DNA of 64,000 nt, from the NCBI RefSeq assembly GCF_048403405.1, contig NZ_CP183129.1; one strand, given 5' to 3'. The translations under genes were made by a program, and so were the position numbers. The notes beneath the pieces are model-generated. The model saw nothing but the letters and a program-made list of their open reading frames with translations. It was not told the DNA's origin and did not search any database. Positions 1-10,225 of this stretch are shown piece by piece (position 1 is the first letter of the stretch; each line of letters starts with the position of its first letter). This DNA is from Escherichia coli (lineage in GTDB: Bacteria; Pseudomonadota; Gammaproteobacteria; Enterobacterales; Enterobacteriaceae).

Positions 1-296
1 TTCACTGTATTGATGGCGGGTATGCGACGGAGTTATCCGCAGAGTTTGATACTCCGTGGGGGCCGCCGTCAGCAGCGGTTTTGTGTGCTCTGTCTGCGCG
101 TTTCCGCTGTCAGGTCCGTCATGTCTATGCCGAAGAAGGCTGTGGTTTCTGCGGATACAGCGAGTATGACCATGGCCGGTTAACCGACCATGAATCTGAT
201 GAGATTGAGTTCAGTGATGAAGAGAATGAGGACGGTTTCCAGGATGTGACGGGACCGGACTATATTCTTGATTCATTGCCACATTACGGAGGGTGA
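1..296 (+). CDS. 3' part of a hypothetical protein with a highly acidic C-terminus; the frame is open from the window edge (5'-truncated by the window)
   Basis: Frame 3 has no stop from nt 3 to TGA at 294-296; the six-frame track only reports it from an internal TTG at 81. No family recognised. Confidence 0.35.
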   Translation, partial: HCIDGGYATELSAEFDTPWGPPSAAVLCALSARFRCQVRHVYAEEGCGFCGYSEYDHGRLTDHESDEIEFSDEENEDGFQDVTGPDYILDSLPHYGG

Positions 297-326
297 GGTT
301 TCCGTACTGATTTAACTGACTGAAAA

Positions 327-357
327 CCCGGTAGTGATACCGGGTTTTTTTATTTTT
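327..357 (+). terminator. Rho-independent terminator (hairpin cccggta-gtga-taccggg followed by a T run)
   Basis: Perfect 7-bp stem with 4-nt loop, then TTTTTTTATTTTTTT; lies just downstream of the stop at 296. Confidence 0.7.
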
Positions 358-439
358 TTCGGAAAACTAATTTCGGCTTTTGTTTTATTCCCGCATTGTT
401 ATCGTGATGCCGTCATTGAATGAGATGGGGGAGAGTGTG

Positions 440-766
440 ATGAGATGTGAATTTGGGCAGGGTGTGAGGGAGTGGGCTCAGGATTTTTGGAATGAAATTC
501 TGTTTCCTTTTTTTGTCACAGCCGGACTTTTGTTGCCACTGATTCTGGTTGTGGGCGTTTTCCTGGTCTGGGATGAACAGCGCCAGGCTGAGTGGGGGCG
601 TTATTACCTGACGGAATGTCAGTTGGTGGAAAGAAACAGAAATGCGGGCTTCTGGTCAGGTCGGGAAAATATTCTGCAATGCGGAATGACCCGGGAGCAT
701 GTGAATGCGGACGCGTATGAAAAGGCCATCCGTGCCTGGCAGCAGAAACAGACAGAGACAGAATAA
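440..766 (+). CDS. Small hypothetical protein with one predicted transmembrane helix
   Basis: ORF 380-766; the ATG at 440 is preceded by GGGGGAGAG (Shine-Dalgarno-like). Hydrophobic stretch ILFPFFVTAGLLLPLILVVGVFLVW. Start choice is uncertain. Confidence 0.4.
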   Translation: MRCEFGQGVREWAQDFWNEILFPFFVTAGLLLPLILVVGVFLVWDEQRQAEWGRYYLTECQLVERNRNAGFWSGRENILQCGMTREHVNADAYEKAIRAWQQKQTETE

Positions 767-941
767 TAAAACATTATTCATGTAATCTTCTGTTTTGTTG
801 CCGGAATTATTTTTGTGGATGAGTTAACGTAATGAAAATAAGGTGCATTTATTATTTATTCTTATCCTGATATTAAAATAATTTATGTTTTATTTAATGT
901 TGCGTTGTTGTTTTTACCGAATTAAAGAGGCAGTAACACCG

Positions 942-2534
942 ATGTTACCGTGGTTTCGTAAATCGCTTTCCCGGAAAGCGGAAGAGAAAACATTGCGTGT
1001 TTCCCCGGGAAACACGCAGGAAAGGCCATTATTTATCCGTGACAGTGACGGCTTTTATTTACCGCAGGCAGCTGACGTATTGCTGACCACACCGCAGCGG
1101 CAAAACTGGTTACAGCAAATCAGCCGGGTGGTAGCGTTACCGGATAACCAGTACCGGGCACTTTGCCTGTCTCCTTTGCAGACGCTGGCAGAACGACTTC
1201 AGTGTGTGCCGGCATCAAAAACCGGGAAATATGCCGGCGAAGGGGGATTGCTGGATTTAACGCTGAATACGACAGCCTGGTGTATGCGGATGTCCCAGAA
1301 AGAGATGCTGCCCCGCGGGCTTCCGTCGGAAGAGCAGAGCCGTCAGTTCAGCGCCTGGAATGTGTGTGTTTTTTATACCGGACTGTTTTACTGGTTACCG
1401 TTAACGGCACAGTTTGAGGGACAACTGAACAGCCTGTCGGCGTGGCAGCCGGGGATGAGTGCGCCCACCGTACCGTATCGTTTTCGCTTTCATGAGCCGG
1501 TGCCGGATATGACGCATTTTCGCCGGACGACGGGGGCCATGATGGCTTTCCGGCTATTACCGGAGAAGGTAATCCACTGGTTGTCGGGTACACCAAAGGC
1601 GCTTCAGGCGTTGTCTGACGTGGTGACCGAGCCGGTAAACGGTGATAATGATTTACAGCGTGTGCTGAATGAGGCTCTGGCTGCGTTCCCCGCCGGTGCA
1701 TTGCCGGCATTTTCTTCCGTTGTTTCTATGTCAGCGCCTGATGCTTCGTCTTCAGTGCTATCAGGGCAGCCGGAGAATGATATCGCGTCATTGGCGCCTG
1801 CTGAATTGGCGCAAAAGCCACAACCTGAAACTCCGTCTGTAACATCTGTATTGCCTCCGGAGTCTGTTACTTCAGAAAAAACAGAGAACGGAATTCACTG
1901 CGATATACCGCTAATGGTAGTTGCAGAAGCAGAAGGTGCGGTTGTCCATGGGGCACTTGATTCTGCTGATGAAAAAACTGTCTCAGATATGTCTCCTCCG
2001 TTATCTGAGGATATGAAATATGCACTTGAATTATCAGGTTTAATGCCGGAAATCTTATCTGATACTCAGACGGGCAATCGTGATGAGAAGGATGAACAGC
2101 GCGAAAACTGTCTGAGTATAAAAAATGAAGGAGAGGCTTTCTGGGCGTGGTTTAAGTCCGGATTATTGGGCGGAAAACTGGCAATAAATACGCCGGATGC
2201 GAAGGTTCACTGTGTCATGGAGTATTTGTTTTGCCAGAGTCCGGCTGTTTTTTATCAGTACATACAGGAGGCGGGTAAAAATCCGGATGATATCGGCCAT
2301 ATTATTTCTTCTTTTGAATCCCTTAAATTGCACCGGATTATTCGTCATGATACCCGACAAACAGGGCATTTCAGGGCTCGAATTTATGGTGAAAAACTGA
2401 ATCCGCTGAGTGATAACAAAACATTAATTACGTTATCCCATAAAAAAATCAATGGTTACATGATTAAAGGACGTCAGATTTTTGGCATGAATATGCCGGA
2501 GGAATCATTGTTTATTCGTATTGTCGGAAGTTAA
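942..2534 (+). CDS. Hypothetical ~530-aa protein: N-terminal domain, Ser/Pro/acidic linker, Cys/His-rich C-terminal domain; function unknown
   Basis: Long ORF (track 885-2534); the ATG at 942 has AAAGAGG upstream. Ends 15 nt before the recombinase start, suggesting co-transcription. Confidence 0.6.
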   Translation: MLPWFRKSLSRKAEEKTLRVSPGNTQERPLFIRDSDGFYLPQAADVLLTTPQRQNWLQQISRVVALPDNQYRALCLSPLQTLAERLQCVPASKTGKYAGEGGLLDLTLNTTAWCMRMSQKEMLPRGLPSEEQSRQFSAWNVCVFYTGLFYWLPLTAQFEGQLNSLSAWQPGMSAPTVPYRFRFHEPVPDMTHFRRTTGAMMAFRLLPEKVIHWLSGTPKALQALSDVVTEPVNGDNDLQRVLNEALAAFPAGALPAFSSVVSMSAPDASSSVLSGQPENDIASLAPAELAQKPQPETPSVTSVLPPESVTSEKTENGIHCDIPLMVVAEAEGAVVHGALDSADEKTVSDMSPPLSEDMKYALELSGLMPEILSDTQTGNRDEKDEQRENCLSIKNEGEAFWAWFKSGLLGGKLAINTPDAKVHCVMEYLFCQSPAVFYQYIQEAGKNPDDIGHIISSFESLKLHRIIRHDTRQTGHFRARIYGEKLNPLSDNKTLITLSHKKINGYMIKGRQIFGMNMPEESLFIRIVGS

Positions 2535-2549
2535 AAGCAGGAGGTGTTT

Positions 2550-3620
2550 ATGAAAGATAATCACAGTTCTGATGAACATCAGCAGAAAGTGGATGTATGG
2601 GAGCAAATGCTGAGTAATTACTTTTACAATAAAGTATTACGGCCGGATACGGAGAAAACATACCGTAAGATGGTACGTCTTTTTCTGCGTTATTGCGGAG
2701 TTTGTGAAAATGCGTTACCGCTACCGGATGAAGTGACACATGAGCATGTGCTGAGATGGCGAAGAAATGAGCTGAATATTCAGAAAGTCCGGGAACGGAC
2801 ATGGAACACAAAAACCAGGCATATGCAGTCTCTGTATAATTATTGGATCAAAAAAGGGATTGTTTCACTTAAAGAAAACCCGTTCTCAGAAACACAAATT
2901 GAACCGGGTGAAAAACAGAAAAAAGTCTATACACAATCACAACTGAGAACGATTTATCGTATTCTGGAACAATTTCAGCAACAGGAAAATATGCTGCCAC
3001 CTGATCAGGCTCACTTTCAGGCATGTGCGGTTTATCCCACTCGATTCTGGTTTGCTGTGCTGGAAACGCTGAGGCTGACGGCTATTCGTTTTAACCAGCT
3101 GATTAACCTGCATATTGGCGATCTGGATTTTGAGGAGTGTACGATCACATTGCGCAGTGAAAGCAGTAAAAATCACCGGGAATATCAGATTGCTTTTGTT
3201 CAGCCACTACGTTGTTTACTGGCGCCCTTGGTTGAGGAAATGCGTTGTCACGGGGCGGATAAAAACGATATTTTGTTTGATGTTCATCGTCTTTATCATA
3301 AACGACTATCCCGCTCTGAAACTCCACTCAGTCAGACGATACGTTCTTTTTTCCGTCGTTTATCAAAGGAATGTGGATTTCATGTCAGTCCCCATCGTTT
3401 CAGACATACACTGGCGACGACATTAATGAAACATCCTGAACGTAATATGCAATTGACGAAACAGATGTTAGGACACCGTAGTCTCTCTTCAACTATGGAA
3501 TATATTGCTCTGGATGCATACAGTACAGTCAGGATCTTGGAGAATGAGTTAGGTGAGTTTTTAACAATGGGATTAGGTGGTGAACTTACAAGGCTAGCAT
3601 CAAAAAGACAGAGGATGTGA
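2550..3620 (+). CDS. Tyrosine site-specific recombinase (phage-integrase family, XerC/D/Cre-sized, 356 aa)
   Basis: C-terminal catalytic signature HRFRHTLATTL ... LGHRSLSSTMEYI (H-x-x-R and H...Y nucleophile), upstream Arg-containing box (ETLRLTAIRF). AGGAGG lies 5 nt before the ATG at 2550. Adjacent to the tRNA-Phe 3' end. Confidence 0.85.
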   Translation: MKDNHSSDEHQQKVDVWEQMLSNYFYNKVLRPDTEKTYRKMVRLFLRYCGVCENALPLPDEVTHEHVLRWRRNELNIQKVRERTWNTKTRHMQSLYNYWIKKGIVSLKENPFSETQIEPGEKQKKVYTQSQLRTIYRILEQFQQQENMLPPDQAHFQACAVYPTRFWFAVLETLRLTAIRFNQLINLHIGDLDFEECTITLRSESSKNHREYQIAFVQPLRCLLAPLVEEMRCHGADKNDILFDVHRLYHKRLSRSETPLSQTIRSFFRRLSKECGFHVSPHRFRHTLATTLMKHPERNMQLTKQMLGHRSLSSTMEYIALDAYSTVRILENELGEFLTMGLGGELTRLASKRQRM

Positions 3621-3637
3621 TATAAATAAAAAATATT

Positions 3638-3671
3638 TACACAAAGTTGACTATTTTATCAACTTTGTGTA
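3638..3671. repeat. Perfect 13-bp inverted repeat with 8-bp asymmetric spacer (TACACAAAGTTGA-ctatttta-TCAACTTTGTGTA)
   Basis: Read directly; begins 18 nt after the recombinase stop. No T tract follows. Confidence 0.8.
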
Positions 3672-3690
3672 TAAGCTGGATTTGATTGAG

Positions 3691-3715
3691 AAGGGTGTTC
3701 TAGGAAAACACCCTT
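3691..3715. repeat. 9-bp inverted repeat hairpin (AAGGGTGTT-ctaggaa-AACACCCTT)
   Basis: Read directly; lies between the recombinase gene and the tRNA. Confidence 0.6.
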
Positions 3716-3853
3716 ACTTGATAAATCATTGTCAACCACGTGAGAAGTCATGAACGTGATTACAACTGAAATTCAAGTTTTAACCGAGCGTTGGAGATCT
3801 CACTTCCAGCGACCGTGCTAGGGAAACGGTTACACCATTTCCGAAAGGAAAGA

Positions 3854-3929
3854 TGGTGCCCGGACTCGGAATCGAACCAAGGACACGGGGATTTTCAATC
3901 CCCTGCTCTACCGACTGAGCTATCCGGGC
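3854..3929 (-). tRNA. pheV: tRNA-Phe (GAA)
   Basis: Reverse complement matches the E. coli tRNA-Phe sequence over 76 nt including the CCA end; located next to yqgA as pheV is in K-12. Confidence 0.95.
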
Positions 3930-4034
3930 AACGGGGCGCATTAAACCTGATTCGCCTCGTCTCGTCAATCAAATTTCTTCAATTTAGTGCAGACTGCACA
4001 ATCTATCATCACTTTGCCGCTATTGCACGCATTG

Positions 4035-4742
4035 TCAGGCAAACCAGGCGGTCCAGGCGGCGGAAAGCGGCATTGCCAGAAGGAGTGCTGGAAGCATGTT
4101 GACCACCGGGAACATTTTAATGCCACAGATGCGTAATCCGGTTGCCAGCAGCAATAAACCGCCTACGGCGCTGAAGTCTGCCATCATCGACGGTGTGGTC
4201 AGCGGTAATATCAGCGCGGCAGCCCACGCCAGCGTTAACTGGATGATCAGTAATGGAATGCTAATCACCGACACCGCAATACCCAGCGAGCAGGCGAAGA
4301 TCATCGCCGTAAAGAAATCAAGAAATGACTTGGCGATTAAAATACTTGGATCGCCGGTCATCCCTTCGTTCATCGCCCCGAAGATTCCGGTGCCGCTGGC
4401 GCAAAACAGGACAATAATCGCGACAAAATTCTGAATAAAAGATTCATGCGCTGGCTTCTTACGCGAGTGGTGAAACAGATTATGCGCTTTGGCGACCACT
4501 GTATTGACGCCTTTTTCCAGCAGACAAATTTCGCCGATTAATGCTCCGAGTAAGGTTGCTAAAACCATCGCCGGAAGGTTGGCGCATTTCACCACCAGTA
4601 AAATACCAATCCCCAGCGATGCCAGACCAAAAATTGATGTCATGGAGACGCGGATACGTTCCGGTAAGCGTTGGCTAAGGAGTGCGCCGAAAACGCCACC
4701 CAGTAAGACTGCACTTGCGTTGATAAAAGGGCCGATGACCAC
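4035..4742 (-). CDS. yqgA: Inner-membrane protein YqgA (DUF554)
   Basis: 235-aa polytopic membrane ORF recognised as YqgA; conserved position between pheV and speC. Confidence 0.85.
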   Translation of the reverse strand: MVIGPFINASAVLLGGVFGALLSQRLPERIRVSMTSIFGLASLGIGILLVVKCANLPAMVLATLLGALIGEICLLEKGVNTVVAKAHNLFHHSRKKPAHESFIQNFVAIIVLFCASGTGIFGAMNEGMTGDPSILIAKSFLDFFTAMIFACSLGIAVSVISIPLLIIQLTLAWAAALILPLTTPSMMADFSAVGGLLLLATGLRICGIKMFPVVNMLPALLLAMPLSAAWTAWFA

Positions 4743-5140
4743 AAGAGTTCCTGTTAGCTGTATTGTTTGATTTTCTTATTATGAACTTTTGGCGCCATCG
4801 ATGGCTTGTTTGTTCGCAAAGTCCTGGCTTGCACGCTTTAGCGAAAGGTGCCATGATTGCGCGAATTTTCTCCTCTCTGTACGGAGTTTGCCCGATGCAC
4901 GCCACCTCCTTACATTCTCTCGCTTATCGCCGTTTCGCGCGAAACTCTTCTCTTTTTATGCTACTGCTCATGCGGTGAAGTTAACGTACGCTCACTGCAG
5001 GACAACAGTAAAATCAGAGCGTTTCTGCTTTTACTGATGTCTGGTGGTCGGAGCTGGTGACCAGTTTGACCCATATCTCATGGGGCAGGGTTTTCCACCT
5101 TGTCCGGTATTCTTACTTCCCCTAAACGGGTTTTGCGCTT

Positions 5141-7276
5141 ATGAAATCAATGAATATTGCCGCCAGTAGTGAACTGGTATCCCGACTTTCTACTCATCGC
5201 CGCGTGGTGGCGTTGGGAGATACTGATTTTACGGACGTCGCGGCAGTCGTCATTACCGTTGCGGATAGTCGCAGTGGCATTCTTGCGTTGCTTAAGCGCA
5301 CCGGTTTTCATCTACCGGTGTTTTTGTATTCCGAACATGCTGTTGAATTACCTGCGGGCGTTACGGCGGTAATCAACGGCAACGAGCAGCAGTGGCTGGA
5401 GCTGGAATCCGCAGCCTGTCAGTATGAAGAGAATTTGCTGCCACCGTTTTATGACACGCTGACGCAGTACGTTGAGATGGGTAATAGCACCTTTGCTTGC
5501 CCTGGACATCAACATGGTGCGTTCTTTAAAAAGCATCCTGCCGGACGCCATTTTTACGATTTCTTTGGCGAGAACATCTTTCGCGCCGATATGTGTAACG
5601 CTGACGTAAAATTGGGCGATCTGCTTATTCATGAAGGATCGGCGAAAGATGCGCAGAAATTTGCAGCCAAAGTCTTTCATGCCGATAAAACCTATTTTGT
5701 GCTGAACGGCACATCGGCAGCGAATAAAGTGGTGACGAATGCGCTGTTAACGCGTGGCGATCTGGTGCTCTTCGACCGTAACAACCATAAGTCGAATCAT
5801 CACGGCGCGTTGATTCAGGCGGGGGCGACGCCGGTTTATCTGGAAGCTTCACGTAACCCGTTTGGTTTCATTGGCGGTATTGATGCGCACTGTTTTAATG
5901 AAGAGTATCTGCGCCAGCAAATTCGCGACGTTGCGCCAGAAAAAGCCGACCTGCCGCGCCCGTTTCGCCTGGCGATTATTCAGCTGGGAACCTATGACGG
6001 CACTGTCTATAACGCCCGTCAGGTGATCGATACCGTTGGGCATCTGTGTGATTACATTCTGTTTGATTCCGCGTGGGTCGGTTACGAACAGTTTAACCCG
6101 ATGATGGCGGATATCTCGCCGCTGCTGTTAGAACTTAACGAAAACGATCCGGGGATCTTTGTGACCCAGTCGGTGCACAAACAGCAGGCGGGATTCTCAC
6201 AGACGTCGCAGATCCATAAAAAAGATAACCATATCCGTGGACAGGCGCGTTTTTGCCCGCATAAGCGGTTGAATAATGCCTTTATGCTCCATGCTTCTAC
6301 CAGCCCGTTCTATCCGCTGTTCGCCGCCCTGGACGTTAACGCCAAAATTCATGAAGGGGAGAGTGGGCGTCGGCTGTGGGCTGAGTGCGTTGAGTTGGGT
6401 ATTGAGTCGCGCAAGGCTATTCTTGCGCGCTGTAAGCTGTTCCGCCCGTTTATCCCGCCCGTTGTTGATGGCAAATTGTGGCAGGATTATCCGACGTCAG
6501 TGTTAGCCAGCGACCGCCGTTTTTTCAGTTTTGAGCCGGGGGCGAAGTGGCACGGCTTTGAAGGATATGCCGCGGATCAGTATTTTGTTGATCCGTGCAA
6601 GCTGTTACTCACCACGCCGGGTATCGATGCCGAAACCGGCGAATATAGCGATTTTGGCGTTCCAGCGACGATTCTGGCGCACTATCTGCGTGAGAACGGC
6701 ATTGTGCCGGAGAAGTGCGATCTCAATTCCATTCTGTTCTTATTAACGCCGGCGGAAAGCCACGAGAAGCTGGCGCAACTGGTGGCGATGCTGGCGCAGT
6801 TTGAACAGCATATTGAGGATGACTCGCCGCTGGCTGAGGTGTTGCCGAGCGTTTATAACAAATATCCGGTGCGCTATCGCGACTACACCCTGCGCCAGTT
6901 GTGTCAGGAGATGCACGATCTGTATGTCAGTTTCGACGTCAAAGACCTACAAAAAGCGATGTTCCGCCAGCAGAGTTTCCCGTCAGTGGTGATGAACCCC
7001 CAGGACGCGCATAGCGCTTATATTCGCGGTGAAGTGGAGTTGGTGCGGATTCGTGATGCCGAAGGGCGAATTGCGGCAGAAGGGGCGTTGCCTTATCCAC
7101 CAGGCGTGCTTTGCGTGGTGCCCGGGGAAGTCTGGGGTGGGGCGGTTCAACGTTATTTCCTTGCGCTGGAAGAAGGGGTGAATTTGTTGCCGGGATTTTC
7201 GCCGGAGCTGCAAGGTGTCTATAGCGAAACCGATGCAGATGGCATGAAACGATTGTACGGTTATGTGTTGAAGTAA
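5141..7276 (+). CDS. speC: Ornithine decarboxylase, constitutive isozyme
   Basis: 711-aa ORF recognised as SpeC; ATG start. Confidence 0.95.
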   Translation: MKSMNIAASSELVSRLSTHRRVVALGDTDFTDVAAVVITVADSRSGILALLKRTGFHLPVFLYSEHAVELPAGVTAVINGNEQQWLELESAACQYEENLLPPFYDTLTQYVEMGNSTFACPGHQHGAFFKKHPAGRHFYDFFGENIFRADMCNADVKLGDLLIHEGSAKDAQKFAAKVFHADKTYFVLNGTSAANKVVTNALLTRGDLVLFDRNNHKSNHHGALIQAGATPVYLEASRNPFGFIGGIDAHCFNEEYLRQQIRDVAPEKADLPRPFRLAIIQLGTYDGTVYNARQVIDTVGHLCDYILFDSAWVGYEQFNPMMADISPLLLELNENDPGIFVTQSVHKQQAGFSQTSQIHKKDNHIRGQARFCPHKRLNNAFMLHASTSPFYPLFAALDVNAKIHEGESGRRLWAECVELGIESRKAILARCKLFRPFIPPVVDGKLWQDYPTSVLASDRRFFSFEPGAKWHGFEGYAADQYFVDPCKLLLTTPGIDAETGEYSDFGVPATILAHYLRENGIVPEKCDLNSILFLLTPAESHEKLAQLVAMLAQFEQHIEDDSPLAEVLPSVYNKYPVRYRDYTLRQLCQEMHDLYVSFDVKDLQKAMFRQQSFPSVVMNPQDAHSAYIRGEVELVRIRDAEGRIAAEGALPYPPGVLCVVPGEVWGGAVQRYFLALEEGVNLLPGFSPELQGVYSETDADGMKRLYGYVLK

Positions 7277-7313
7277 GAAAAAAAGGGTCACCTTCTGGCG
7301 ACCCGTTTTTCTT
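7277..7313. terminator. Bidirectional intrinsic terminator between convergent speC and nupG
   Basis: A run, hairpin gggtcacc-ttct-ggcgaccc, then T run. Confidence 0.6.
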
Positions 7314-7320
7314 TGCGTAA

Positions 7321-8577
7321 TTAGTGGCTCACCGTCTGTGTGCCTGTCGGGACACGAACGTGTTTATATTTGAACATCGCCATGAACGCGAAGGCCAGAA
7401 CCACGGAGTAACCAGCGAAAATCAACCATACGGTCTGCCAGTCGGTAATGCCGTTTTGGGTGTACATCTCAACAACTTTACCGCTCACGATGCCGCCAAG
7501 GATACAGCCGAAGCCGTTAGTCATCATCAGGAACATCCCCTGCGCACTGGCGCGAATTGCCGGGCTAACTTCTTTTTCGACAAACACCGAACCAGAGATG
7601 TTGAAGAAGTCGAATGCGCAACCGTAAACGATCATCGACAGTACCAGCAGCACGGTACCGAACGGAGTCGGGTCGCCGTAAGCAAACAGCGCAAAACGCA
7701 GGATCCACGCCACAATACTGATCATCATTACGTTCTTAATACCGTAGCGGCTTAAGAAGAACGGGATAGTCAGAATGAACAGGGTTTCAGAGATCTGCGA
7801 AATCGACATGATGATTGACGCATGCTGCACAATAAAGCTGCTGGCAAACATCGGATCTTTGTCGAAGCTGTGCAGGAAGGTGTTACCGAACATGTTGGTA
7901 ATCTGCAGTTCCGCGCCCAGCAGCATTGAGAAGATGAAGAAGATTGCCATACGCTTGTTTTTAAACAGCGCGAATGCATCGAGGCCCAGCAGGGTTGTCC
8001 AGCTTTGATTCGCTTGCTGTTTAGCAACCGGAATGTGCGGCAGAGTCAGGGTAAACAGAACCAGAATGGCGGAAAGTGCTGCGCCAATATACAGCTGCAT
8101 GTGGCTTAATTCGAAGCCAGACAGGCTCACCACCCACATTGCCATGATAAAGCCGATGGTGCCCCAGATACGGATTGGCGGGAAGTCAGTAACGATATCC
8201 ATCCCGGCATTTTGCAGGCGATAGTAAGAGATGGTGTTGATTAACCCAAGCGTTGGCATATAAGCAAACGAGTTAATCAATATCACAAGGAACATCGCCT
8301 CCGGCGTCGTGACCTGTGCCGCCATGAACAGCGTGATAGCGCCAATGGTGTGGCAAATGGCATATACCCATTTCGCACTTAACCATTTGTCGGCCACAAT
8401 CCCCAGCAGCGCAGGCATAAAGACCGCGGCGATACCCAGTGAACTATAAACTGCGCCGATAGAAGCACCGTCAAACTTCAGGGTAACAAACATATAGGAG
8501 CCGAGGGTCGTCAGCCAACTTCCCCACAGACAGAACTGCAGAAAAGAGAGGATTTTCAGCTGCAGCTTAAGATTCAT
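7321..8577 (-). CDS. nupG: Nucleoside:H+ symporter NupG
   Basis: 418-aa product starting MNLKLQLK at the ATG at 8577 (GAGGAA upstream); the track ORF is N-terminally over-extended. Confidence 0.93.
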   Translation of the reverse strand: MNLKLQLKILSFLQFCLWGSWLTTLGSYMFVTLKFDGASIGAVYSSLGIAAVFMPALLGIVADKWLSAKWVYAICHTIGAITLFMAAQVTTPEAMFLVILINSFAYMPTLGLINTISYYRLQNAGMDIVTDFPPIRIWGTIGFIMAMWVVSLSGFELSHMQLYIGAALSAILVLFTLTLPHIPVAKQQANQSWTTLLGLDAFALFKNKRMAIFFIFSMLLGAELQITNMFGNTFLHSFDKDPMFASSFIVQHASIIMSISQISETLFILTIPFFLSRYGIKNVMMISIVAWILRFALFAYGDPTPFGTVLLVLSMIVYGCAFDFFNISGSVFVEKEVSPAIRASAQGMFLMMTNGFGCILGGIVSGKVVEMYTQNGITDWQTVWLIFAGYSVVLAFAFMAMFKYKHVRVPTGTQTVSH

Positions 8578-8778
8578 GTTAATTTCCTCACATCGTGATG
8601 CGGATGAGTGTTTGAAAAAGCACATTTGACCGTGCGAGATGATGCGATTCTATCAACTTCCCGGACTGGTTTTTTGTTACCTGTGGCAAATAATTGCAAA
8701 CATTCCCAATTTGCAAAACGAAATTGTGATGTGGATAACATTTTTACCCCTGAGCATCGTCAGGGGCGGTTAGTGGAA

Positions 8779-9885
<1,107 letters not shown>

Positions 9886-9922
9886 TTATGCAAGTTGCCG
9901 GAGGCGTGCTCCGGCACTGTTT

Positions 9923-10201
<279 letters not shown>

Positions 10202-10225
10202 TCATCCTCTTTATCGACTCACGCG

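Noticed and set aside
942-2534. Assigning the 530-aa protein to a specific relaxase family with named catalytic motifs
   Set aside because: I could not reproduce a reliable motif-level match from memory; kept only as an untested hypothesis.
3638-3671. The 13-bp inverted repeat as a simple Rho-independent terminator
   Set aside because: No U-rich tract follows the hairpin on either strand; the site-like 13-8-13 geometry fits a recombinase or regulator binding site better. Termination is not strictly excluded.
1-3853. Direct repeat of the tRNA-Phe 3' end (attachment-site copy) inside the island segment
   Set aside because: No second copy of the terminal ~20 nt of pheV was found between 1 and 3853; the distal junction must lie outside the window.
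3780-4102. Two short ORFs (3780-3968 minus, 3791-4102 plus) overlapping tRNA-Phe
   Set aside because: Overlap the tRNA gene and the yqgA 3' end; no coding signal.
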